Shown: one piece after another, positions 17,524 through 25,791 of the stretch
How positions within the stretch are numbered: position 1 is the stretch's first letter
How the letters are laid out: each line of letters begins with the position of its first letter
NCBI RefSeq assembly: GCF_018398935.1
Contig: NZ_CP074694.1
Coordinates: 2,250,001-2,282,000, forward strand
Direction of reading: 5' to 3'
Length of the DNA stretch: 32,000 nucleotides
From: Telmatocola sphagniphila
GTDB lineage: Bacteria > Planctomycetota > Planctomycetia > Gemmatales > Gemmataceae
Notes under the pieces: generated by a model
What the model saw: the letters and a program-made list of their open reading frames with translations, nothing else
What the model was told of the DNA's origin: nothing
Database searches by the model: none
Program-made: the position numbers and the translations under genes

Positions 17524-17755
17524 TCCGCCCACAGGGATGTTACTCGCTCCTGAGTTGCGCAATTCGTTTTGATTAATTTCAGGGATGCGAATTTCTGCAA
17601 TATTTTTTTAAAATACGGCTATGCGCTGATCCAATTGATAAGAAGAGATTATCTCTTAGAGACTGACAATAATTACAAATTGTCAACTAATCGCTTTCAA
17701 CGCACACCTATTTCATTCATAACTTAAAGTGAAATAGCCAATTAGGAGGTAGAAT

Positions 17756-18574
17756 ATGCAATCAATACATTTTTCGGGATGGACTGTTTTGGCCCTGGGA
17801 TTTAATACTTTTGCTCAAATTCCTGCCGTTAGCGGTAATACAGCCCCTCTGGCGCCGCAGAGTGGCAACTACGCGACAGCACAAACGGGGAGCCAAGGTC
17901 AACCGCAAAGTCCAGGCACGGGGACCCAGCAGCAGAACCCCAATCAAAACCAAGGGCAAAACCCAAGCCCGCGTTCGAACAATCAAAACTTTAATGCGCA
18001 ACGACCCTACAACTATCCGTTCACAATTTATGGGATGAATGGGGTTTCTAAATCCCTTGATCTGAGTCAGACTCAACTTGATCGACTCAATATTCATACG
18101 CAAAAGACACAGGAGCAATTCAATCGCGACTATACAGGCCTCGGCAATTTAAGCGAGACGGAACGAGCCAAACGATATAGCGACCTTAATCGCCAATACC
18201 AATCGGCTTGGATGAGTGGTGCGAGAGATATCTTTAATCAGAATCAAATGAACCGCTATCAGCAACTTCACTATCAATACGGTGGATTTAATACTCTGGC
18301 TGATCCGGATATTCAAACCAAGTTAAGGCTAACTTCGGAACAGCGAAAGAATCTCAGCAACTCCACTGATTGGAATCGTGAGCAACTTCAAGCCATTGAA
18401 AGAGAAGGACGCATTAACGCTGCTAAAGGAAATGAGCTATATAAAGATTATCAAAAAAACTATCAAACCCGCTTCAATCAATTCCTGACACCCGAGCAAC
18501 AGAAACGCTGGCACGAAATCGTTGGTGAGCCATACAATTTTCAACCCAACTTCAGTGCTCCGACCCAGCCCTAG
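17756..18574 (+). CDS. Secreted Q/N-rich protein with LTXXQ-type motifs (possible CpxP/Spy-like periplasmic protein)
   Basis: AGGAGG RBS, a signal-like N-terminus, and a Q/N/P-rich low-complexity stretch. Repeated helical units carry LSQTQLDRL, LTSEQRKNL and LTPEQQKRW. Confidence 0.65.
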   Translation: MQSIHFSGWTVLALGFNTFAQIPAVSGNTAPLAPQSGNYATAQTGSQGQPQSPGTGTQQQNPNQNQGQNPSPRSNNQNFNAQRPYNYPFTIYGMNGVSKSLDLSQTQLDRLNIHTQKTQEQFNRDYTGLGNLSETERAKRYSDLNRQYQSAWMSGARDIFNQNQMNRYQQLHYQYGGFNTLADPDIQTKLRLTSEQRKNLSNSTDWNREQLQAIEREGRINAAKGNELYKDYQKNYQTRFNQFLTPEQQKRWHEIVGEPYNFQPNFSAPTQP

Positions 18575-19400
18575 TATTACTTGGGTAACCCAACACCTGC
18601 GGAGCTACAAGTTCCCCATATCGCGAGAAACGCTTGGGCTCCAGCGGGTACTCCGCAAACCCCGGCCGGGAGTGCACGACAACCCGTCTACTTTTCCGCA
18701 ACTGAATTGTGGTTTCCAAAACTGTAGGGTTCGGATGCTCCGAGAGGTGAACCGTAGACGCCCCGAGAGCGTTGGCGAGGACTGCAAGTTGCTCGACGGG
18801 ATCGCCGACGAGCACCAGTTTCGTGGGGTTCGGCAGATGCTCGAAGAGATCTTCCAAGCCCTCCAGCACGAATGCCAGTCGATGATAAGCCCACGGCTCC
18901 GCCCGCAATGCCGGTTCGTCGAAGACAAACGCCACGGCCGCGTCGGGGTTCGCTTTGAGAGCCGGATCCTCCCAGGACATAGCCGCGTCGTGTACCCACA
19001 CCAGATCGGAGGCCGGCGCGAGCGTTTCAAGGCGCTTTACGATATCGGTCGCCGAAAGTTCGACTCGCTTCGATTCCGCTGCCGGAGTCGGAGTGGCCAT
19101 CGGAGCCGAGGAACCGGCAAACAATCGATGTTGGAGAATCGGATAGTCGGCGTCGAACGGACATTTCACCCGACAGGCGTTGCACCAGCGGCCGCCGCTG
19201 AACTTGGCAATGTTGTCCTTGTTGGCAAAATAGGGCTTGGAGGAAAACGTGCTTTCGACCCACTGCCAACTCGACGAATTGCTAGCGATATCACCATCGT
19301 AGAGATGTTGACGGAACAGTTGGGCTCCCTCCTGCCAGCGAACACCACGGAAATGGCCTAAGTAGGCTGCGAACCAGAGCCGAGCATGATTGTGCAGGTA
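18552..19400 (-). pseudogene. 5'-truncated photolyase/cryptochrome-family ORF with inverted domain order (FAD-binding C-terminal half followed by an alpha/beta photolyase-like domain)
   Basis: Directly after an in-frame TGA (19401-19403) the frame reads YLHNHARLWFAAYLGHFRGVRWQEGAQLFRQHLYDGDIASNSSSWQWVESTFSSKPYF...RWCNACRVKCPFDADYPILQHRLF. Compare the photolyase motifs MHNRxRM, LxDGDxAxNxGxWQW and xPYF. It continues in frame with LVWVHDAAMSWEDPAL...VAFVFDEPALRAEPWAYHRLAFVLEGLEDL...LVLVGDPVEQLAVLANALGASTVHL. The track only shows 18552..19169 because there is no start codon further upstream. Confidence 0.6.
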
Positions 19401-19401
19401 T

Positions 19402-19500
19402 CAAACCCGAGATGCCCGCGCCGATCACGGCAACGCTTTCGCCACCGTTCTGCGGGACTTGGACCGGCTTTGAAGTCGAATCGGACTCACGGAATGGCAA
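19402..19500 (-). pseudogene. N-terminal fragment of an FAD/NAD(P)-dependent oxidoreductase (Rossmann GxGxxG), truncated after ~33 codons
   Basis: (L/M)PFRESDSTSKPVQVPQNGGESVAVIGAGISGL, after which the frame loses all similarity (IPAQSCSALV...). It abuts the photolyase-like frame at about 19401. Confidence 0.5.
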
Positions 19501-20179
19501 TTCGATCTTCTTTCACGTCTAAAAGTCAAGAACTCCAACACACACTACTTCTAGACCGACGAAGTCCACGGGATCCACATATCTAACTATGGGAAGATCT
19601 TGGTCCAAAAAAACGGGCCTACAGCCAGTTTTGGTGAGTGAACCGTGTGGCGATTCTGGTCTACGAGCTGACTTTTTTTCTTTGACGATTCTCCTACTTC
19701 AGTTAAATGGCTTGAGGTACCCGCGCAAAACCGAAACTGATTCGGCTCGCGATGCTTTTTTCGGTATCGAATTGCTATTGCTTAGAACTTCACCAGGGTT
19801 TCATTTGCATAATTTCCGATTAAGCAATCTTTGATATTGGCAAAGTAGAGGTTGGGGGTCGTCAGAGGTCACCGCGGAACGATTCAAGTCTTCAGCGACC
19901 CAGGGAAGAGAACCACCTTTCGAATCATTCTTCCGCTCTCCGGCAAGTCTGCGTCGGTATCAGTGCCTCTGAAATCAGTTTCTAAAGAATGGTAGGAGTA
20001 TGGAAGCCTAGTGGTCGTCGAAGATGAGAAACCGGTACGGATCCTCATCGCTCGCCTTCTACAACTTTCAGATTTCACGGTTTTGGAAGCCGATGATGGG
20101 CAAGGGGGGCCTGATCGTGTTCCGCAATATTGCGACGAGTATTCTGGCATTTTTTTGCAGGACTGACAATGCCGCCTAT

Positions 20180-20210
20180 GGGGCTATCGCAGAAGTCACG
20201 CAATAGCCCC
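20180..20210 (-). terminator. Hairpin 28 nt downstream of the dodecin stop (GGGGCTAT-N15-ATAGCCCC), no U tract
   Basis: The 8-bp perfect arms at 20180-20187 and 20203-20210 were read directly. The lack of a T run makes an intrinsic-terminator call weak. Confidence 0.25.
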
Positions 20211-20237
20211 GTTTCCGGACGATGCTGCGATCATCCC

Positions 20238-20480
20238 CTACATTGAGGCTGGTTCAGGGAGGAAGGCAATTTTGACGTTGGTGTGATATTCCACAATTTT
20301 TCCATCCCGCACAACGGCCGTCTGGTGGAGAACATCCAAACCCGTGATGTTCTTGTACGTTATTGATGCTTTTTCAATTACCAATCGTGCGGCATCGCTC
20401 CAATTCTCTTTGGATTCGCCTACCATTTCGATCACTCGAATCGCGGCGGGGGTCTTTGGGGATTGTTTGATGGTCGACAT
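20238..20480 (-). CDS. Dodecin-family flavin-binding protein
   Basis: 80 aa. IRVIEMVGESKENWSDAARLVIEKASITYKNITGLDVLHQTAVVRDGKIVEYHTNVKIAF matches the dodecin pattern (VIE.VG.S..SW.DA...A...A..T..NI....V......V.DGKI.EY...VK..F). Confidence 0.8.
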   Translation of the reverse strand: MSTIKQSPKTPAAIRVIEMVGESKENWSDAARLVIEKASITYKNITGLDVLHQTAVVRDGKIVEYHTNVKIAFLPEPASM

Positions 20481-20739
20481 GATACTTGCTCCTTGAAACG
20501 CGAAAAGTTAGCACATTAAAAACACGGATGAGATGTAATGTTCCGAAGTCCTCACCATAAACTAAAAAATGGCGGACTTCGATCTGGACAACTCATCAGA
20601 ATGGTTGGTAGATCTTTAGAATAGAGAGCCATTCTCTCACCACCCTCAATAACATTCGCCCCAGCACTCAATAACTTTTTCCCTTTTGGGAATCCTTGTG
20701 GAGCGATCCTAGCTCGATGGAATGCCAAAACGAGCTTCC

Positions 20740-21009
20740 TTATTTCCGCAAATTAGCCGCGGCATTAGGTATATCGAATCGAGTTTCCTGGCTATTCAGT
20801 CTAATCGTGATAGCTTTGGTAAGACCTTTGACTCCTTCGACTCTCAAAGCCGCTCCGTCAACAGCCCAGCGTTCAGCAAAAGAAGAGACAGAACCCGTCA
20901 GTGTCACGATTCCATCCACCACGGTGACATCAATCTGAGCCGTGCTCGCTCTGGGGTCCCACTTGATTTCGTACATCATCTCTGTCTTCAATTGCGCATC
21001 CGTTTTCAT
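20740..21009 (-). CDS. BON domain-containing protein (single BON domain)
   Basis: MKTDAQLKTEMMYEIKWDPRASTAQIDVTVVDGIVTLTGSVSSFAERWAVDGAALRVEGVKGLTKAITIRL. ATG 21009 has GGAAAG 6 nt upstream. The track ORF extends to a GTG at 21066. Confidence 0.75.
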   Translation of the reverse strand: MKTDAQLKTEMMYEIKWDPRASTAQIDVTVVDGIVTLTGSVSSFAERWAVDGAALRVEGVKGLTKAITIRLNSQETRFDIPNAAANLRK

Positions 21010-21834
21010 ATAGTCTTTCCAGGTTCCCGTCCGCTCGATCAGATCGGAGGGTCCTTCCGATTTCACTTGATAACAGTAGTATCTGAAATGGTTTCTTCAG
21101 AAGGGACAGAGTATCGCGTAAGGCAAGTAGAGAATTACGGTTAAATGGACGTAAGGAAAAGGGCTTTGACTTTCCCAAAAATCATCCGAAAGGAGTATTC
21201 GAAGGAATTGAATCAAACTTGAAAAAACCGGTGACTCTAACAGCAAGCTCGTGAGAAAAGGATCAATGCAGAAAGGCTGCGTCTCGAGAAGTATCTCGTT
21301 TTAGTGTCTTTACTGTAGTGAGTCTACCCCGGGCTTTACTTTATGAACCCACACTTTCGGCCGCTGATTCTTTGCAACATCCGCAGAAGTATCCTCGTTC
21401 AGGACGAGTGATGCAGGTCCTTCGGGTGGATCCGAGCGTCCGGAATCGACCCATAGCAAACGTCAGGCTATCAAAATCCGACATCTGTGGGGCTAAATCG
21501 CAATCGAGGACCGCCACTTGACGGTGATCGATCCTAAGACCGGGTGGATGAAAGTGACTGTCTCGTAATTGCCGGGGATGCAATCCAGACCGAACGCTTC
21601 GGTCCGCTGGTATGATAGTATGGACAAAAGAACGTCGGCCGCATTGAGTCCGAGTCCAATATCCGCAGGAGGTGATCTCGTTTATCGGACGGAGCTCGAT
21701 TGCCTTCCGAGATCTTCTCAAATGGCGGCTCTTCAAGGAGTCCGTCTATCAAAACGGCGAAATGGCCATCAAAACGAGACCTGCTTTGGAAGATCGTTAA
21801 TTCACTCTCGAAACGAACTCTTAGGAAGGGGCTG

Positions 21835-22953
21835 TTATGGCTTTTTAGCTTCCTGAAGATCGATAAAGACGTCGACAATTTGACCGACGAGAAGTTTACT
21901 TTCTTTGATCGTTTTCTCATCCGCAATAACGGCATAAATTACTTGTACCACACGAGTATCGACTCGTTCTGTATTCACACCGGTCAGCGAAACTTTCGGG
22001 ACAATATAGGGCTCTAATCGAATAAATTTCAAAGGTAGGCCCTTTTGATTACTGTCTCCGCGGATCTTCGCCGTAGCGGGTGAATTCAAAATCAATCTCG
22101 GAAGATCTTCTTCATCGATGCTCACTCGAATGTTCAGCGGCTTAAGATTTCCCATCAGGATCAATGCCTGATTGGCCATGGTAGACACATATTCCCCGGC
22201 CCGAACATTCAGTTGTAAGATTGTCCCATCTATAGGAGCGCGAACCTGTAGCAGTAACAAATTGGTTCGAGCCTGATCGAGTTGAGCCTGAGAAAGGTCG
22301 ACGTTCGTTTTAGCAATGATTTTATCAGGTTCCCAGGTACCAGCTTTGAGCAACGCCAGATTGGCTTTGGCGACACTAAATAACGCCAATGCGTTCATAT
22401 ACGCTTGCCGATCGATGACTCGTTGTTGAGCAGCTAGGGCGGCGCCCCCGGAGATATTTTTGTCCCGTTCCATGGTATCTTTGGTCGATTTGACACTTGC
22501 CTCGGCCGCGTCCATCTGGGCGATCGCGGGAGGTACTTCCTCGGGTCTAGGTTCCAATTCGAGTTTTCGTAACTGCGCCTTGCTGGCCGCCAAAGTCGCT
22601 TGCGCCGTCTTGACTTGGGCTTCTAAGAGCCGGCTGTCCAACTCGAAAAGAAGATCACCGGACTTCACTTGCTGTCCTAGCTGGACATGAACTTGAACGA
22701 TGGCTCCGGCCATTTGCGAACCGATGGAGATAATGCTCGTTCCGCTGGCTTCGGTGTTTCCTTCCACCATTCCGGCCCCCGCTACCGTATTTCCAAATGG
22801 GCTCGAGGAAGGTTCAACCGGCGGGTTCGCTTGAGGCTCGGAACGCTGCACAATATAAGAGTGAATCAAAGCGAAGATAGCTAACCCCGCGGCCAGGCCA
22901 GGCAGGCCGTATTTGATCAATTTATTAAGCATTTTCCAGCTCCAATTTGCCAT
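21835..22953 (-). CDS. HlyD-family periplasmic adaptor (DevB/MacA-like) of the ABC exporter
   Basis: An N-terminal TM anchor (GLPGLAAGLAIFALI), a lipoyl-like VKSGDLLFELD, long coiled-coil Q/A-rich hairpins, and beta-barrel RAPIDGTILQLNVRAGEYV. An alternative start at 22932 is possible. It overlaps the ATPase gene end. Confidence 0.85.
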   Translation of the reverse strand: MANWSWKMLNKLIKYGLPGLAAGLAIFALIHSYIVQRSEPQANPPVEPSSSPFGNTVAGAGMVEGNTEASGTSIISIGSQMAGAIVQVHVQLGQQVKSGDLLFELDSRLLEAQVKTAQATLAASKAQLRKLELEPRPEEVPPAIAQMDAAEASVKSTKDTMERDKNISGGAALAAQQRVIDRQAYMNALALFSVAKANLALLKAGTWEPDKIIAKTNVDLSQAQLDQARTNLLLLQVRAPIDGTILQLNVRAGEYVSTMANQALILMGNLKPLNIRVSIDEEDLPRLILNSPATAKIRGDSNQKGLPLKFIRLEPYIVPKVSLTGVNTERVDTRVVQVIYAVIADEKTIKESKLLVGQIVDVFIDLQEAKKP

Positions 22954-23677
22954 TCAATCGGGCAACATCGATTTCCTGATTTTTGACACTTAGGACGTGA
23001 CCATCCTCCATAGCGATAATCCGATCGCCGAACGGTAAGACCCGTTGATCGTGGGTGACGACGATTGCTACTCGGTTCGGCAGGATCGCCACGGACCGAA
23101 TCAACTGCATGATGGCATGACCGGAAGCGGCATCGACGGCCGAAGTCGGTTCATCACAAACCAGTAGTCGGGGTTCGTGAATTAAGCCTCGGGCGATGGC
23201 GACGCGTTGCTGTTGTCCCCCCGAGAGTTGGGAAGGAAGACTGTTCAAGCGATCTCCAAGTCCGACCGATCGAAGGACGTCCGCGGCTCGTTTTAACGCC
23301 GTCGCTTTCGTCCAGCCGTTGATGACCAGTGGTACTGAAGCGTTCTCCTGGGCCGTCAAGGCAGGCAATAAATTGAATTGCTGAAAAACAAAGCCAATAT
23401 TTTTGGCTCGAAAGGCCGTCACCTTTTTCTTGGAAAGTCTATTCAAGTTTATACCGAAGACGAAGACTTCCCCGGCAGTGGGATTCAACGTCCCTGCGAT
23501 AACGGATATGAGGGTCGTTTTGCCGCAACCGCTTGGGCCCGTTAGAAGATTCAATTTCCCAGGAGGAATATCTAGCTCAACGCCTCGTAGGGCGAGCACC
23601 CGCGATTGGCCTTGGCCATATTCTTTCGTAAGCCCCTTGCAACTGACGCCCCGATCGGGCGAGTTCTCGGAAACCAT
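22925..23677 (-). CDS. ABC transporter ATP-binding protein (DevA/MacB-LolD type)
   Basis: Walker A GPSGCGKTT, Q loop, signature LSGGQQQRVAIARGL, and Walker B LLVCDEPTSAVD. ATG 23677 with GGTGA upstream is preferred over the TTG at 23707. Confidence 0.9.
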   Translation of the reverse strand: MVSENSPDRGVSCKGLTKEYGQGQSRVLALRGVELDIPPGKLNLLTGPSGCGKTTLISVIAGTLNPTAGEVFVFGINLNRLSKKKVTAFRAKNIGFVFQQFNLLPALTAQENASVPLVINGWTKATALKRAADVLRSVGLGDRLNSLPSQLSGGQQQRVAIARGLIHEPRLLVCDEPTSAVDAASGHAIMQLIRSVAILPNRVAIVVTHDQRVLPFGDRIIAMEDGHVLSVKNQEIDVARLNGKLELENA

Positions 23678-23693
23678 GATTTCACCTGGAAAA

Positions 23694-24830
23694 TTACTGG
23701 AAAACAACGCTCGGCTCGAGAACGATGACTTTATGAATGCTCAAAAAACTCGCCAAAAAGGAGATGCAGATCATGACACCCGCTGTGATCACCAGCACTT
23801 GCCAGGGCAGATAAAACGCTAATAGCGGCATGTTCTGGATGGCTACTATTCCGAACAGCGTTGCCAGGCCAATTCCCAATCCATAACCGATGGTTCCCAC
23901 AATCGAGGCTTGAATCAAAATCATGGTCACAATCCGACGATCGCTCATTCCCATGGCCTTCAAGGCACCGAATTGTCTGAGGTTTTCGACTGTAAACAGA
24001 TAAAATGTTTGACCCGCAATCGCACATCCCACAAGAAAGGCGAGAATTACGGTTGTGCCAAAATTGACAGGTATTCCCGTGTGTTTCAGGTAGTAGAACA
24101 TCGTTAAATTGATAAAGCCCTTATTGGTGAGGGCGAGCAGTCCCGTTTGTTGCTGGATCGCTCGGCTCACTTCTTCAGGCAACCGACCCGCCTGACACTT
24201 AGCCAGTACGAAAGGCATCATTCGCCGAGCGGGGGGTACGAATAGGGTCGCCTGACTGAAGCGGGTGTAAACGACCGGCATCGTCATGAAGGTTTGCGAA
24301 CCCCGAAAAACACCGACCACCACTGCTCGGCGATCATTCATCTCAATGACTTTGCCGACTCGAATTTGCTCCCTGGGCCACATCTGCATGAAACCGGCTT
24401 CATCGACTAGGACGGCATCGGGGTTTTGGAGATCGCCCACCTTCCCTACGAGCAGTTTGTTCGGAGCACCCACCAAGGTGCTGTCATCGACTCCCATCAG
24501 TACCAGCTGCTGGTATTTGCCCGAGGCCAGTTGAGCTTGTCCCGCTCCCCGATAAAGGTTGACCGCCCAGGCTACACCCGGGACACTGCGCACCCGAAAG
24601 ACATCATCATCCGATATGGCTTTTACGTCGTCGAAGTAGCGGACATCGGGGTTCATCACCCAAATATCACTGCCTTGCGTATCTCGAATCATGCTCGATG
24701 TTCGCAGCATAATGCCGCAGAAAATTGCACTCTGCTCGGTGATCAGAAAACAGGCAAAGGTGATGCCGAAGATCAAAGCGAAGTACTTACTGCGGTCCCC
24801 CCTAAGCATCTTTACCGCGATCCAGTTCAC
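23694..24830 (-). CDS. ABC exporter permease, DevC/FtsX-like
   Basis: 378 aa with an N-terminal TM, a large periplasmic loop and three C-terminal TM helices (FtsX fold). MNWIAVKMLRGDRSKYFALIFGITFACFLI and RQFGALKAMGMSDRRIV are typical of the DevC family. Confidence 0.85.
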   Translation of the reverse strand: MNWIAVKMLRGDRSKYFALIFGITFACFLITEQSAIFCGIMLRTSSMIRDTQGSDIWVMNPDVRYFDDVKAISDDDVFRVRSVPGVAWAVNLYRGAGQAQLASGKYQQLVLMGVDDSTLVGAPNKLLVGKVGDLQNPDAVLVDEAGFMQMWPREQIRVGKVIEMNDRRAVVVGVFRGSQTFMTMPVVYTRFSQATLFVPPARRMMPFVLAKCQAGRLPEEVSRAIQQQTGLLALTNKGFINLTMFYYLKHTGIPVNFGTTVILAFLVGCAIAGQTFYLFTVENLRQFGALKAMGMSDRRIVTMILIQASIVGTIGYGLGIGLATLFGIVAIQNMPLLAFYLPWQVLVITAGVMICISFLASFLSIHKVIVLEPSVVFQ

Positions 24831-24902
24831 TTTGATAGCTCTTAGTTCAGAAGTTGTCGGTGCGAAAGAATTACGATACTCGAGGCGATAGAAGGCATGG
24901 AT

Positions 24903-25283
24903 TTAAATCGAAGGAACTTCCAAACGTTCGCAATCGACACAACAGCGAGCGTAGGGAATAATTTCAAGTCTGTTCGTGTCGATCGCCTTACCGCATTGGG
25001 CGCACAGCCCGAACTGTCCGTTTTGAAGCCTTTGTAGGGCCGCATCGATCTTATCCGCGAGATGAACTTCGACAAGCAGCGAACCCACTGCAACTTGTTG
25101 ATCGGGTTGGTGATCCCTTTGGTCCGAGGAGTTCGTCGAACTTGGGTCTGGTGCATCCGACTCCTCGGGATGATTGGGGCTATCGGTTAAATCTCGGCTG
25201 ACGGAGTCTCGAGCCTTCTCAAATTTTTGCAAAAGCGACTGCAAACGACTGCGATATTCCAGGAGACTTTTGGGGGTAAGCAT
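24903..25283 (-). CDS. DksA/TraR-family C4 zinc-finger protein
   Basis: C-terminal CAQCGKAIDTNRLEIIPYARCCVDCE (CxxC-N17-CxxC) is preceded by a helical region. ATG 25283 is preferred over the TTG at 25346. It lies 72 nt upstream of the permease gene on the same strand. Confidence 0.75.
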   Translation of the reverse strand: MLTPKSLLEYRSRLQSLLQKFEKARDSVSRDLTDSPNHPEESDAPDPSSTNSSDQRDHQPDQQVAVGSLLVEVHLADKIDAALQRLQNGQFGLCAQCGKAIDTNRLEIIPYARCCVDCERLEVPSI

Positions 25284-25521
25284 TTTTGGGTCTACTTTCA
25301 CTTTCGAATCCGACAGTACAATAAAGCAGTGAATCCAAAGAACCAAAGCATACGAAGGGATTCAGATCGATGGCGATCTTCCATCAGTAAGTTGGATTGG
25401 AAACCTTAAAAAACTGAAGCGGCCTGCCAACAGAACTATTCTGGTTTCAGATCACTAATCGAGTGTCGGGAGATAAGGCAAAAGCGAGTCAGGAGAAGTC
25501 ACTCCTAAGCGTTCGGAAACC

Positions 25522-25791
25522 TTACTTTCGATCTACCACGTTACTGTCTGGCATTGGTCGCATCCTTCTTCCCTTATCTGAAGCGCAGGGAACTCCTGTG
25601 ATCGGAACAAATTCAGGAGGTACTTCGGCCTCCTGACGCTTGAGCTCCCGTTGCCAGTAATAGTAGACCGCCTCACTCATTCGATGCCGCTGACCGTAGA
25701 CTCAAATGGATTCGCTTCCGGAACGCTGATCTAGAATCGTCTACTTCCAGAACGCTTCCGGCTGGGGATCCCGCGTACGACGCTTCGACAT
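25522..25791 (-). pseudogene. IS66-family tnpA (orf1)-like gene relic with two in-frame stop codons
   Basis: Hidden from the ORF track. From ATG 25791 it reads MSKRRTRDPQPEAFWK*TILDQRSGSESI*VYGQRHRMSEAVYYYWQRELKRQEAEVPPEFVPIT...*. The pattern (basic N-terminus, FW, SG.S, FC-like, SE..YYW.REL, FVP) matches the small first ORF of IS66-type elements as I remember it. The stops are TAG 25741-25743 and TGA 25702-25704. Confidence 0.5.

Noticed and set aside
18522-19361. 279-aa plus-strand ORF and several other overlapping ORFs (18605..19030 -, 18688..18999 -, 19027..19269 -)
   Set aside because: They are shadows in a GC-rich patch. Only the frame ending at 18552 carries photolyase-family motifs.
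19880-20160. Minus-strand frame reading KNARILVAILRNTIRPPLPIIGFQNREI*KL*KASDEDPYRFLIFDDH*..., vaguely like a decayed response-regulator receiver N-terminus
   Set aside because: It has five in-frame stops in about 90 codons and only a superficial resemblance (ARILV..D.TIR). The evidence is insufficient, although a missing response regulator would fit the orphan kinase.
20481-20739. Possible remnant of a second BON domain after the BON gene stop
   Set aside because: I translated all three minus frames and none aligned convincingly with the G.V.L.G.V / GV..V.N pattern.
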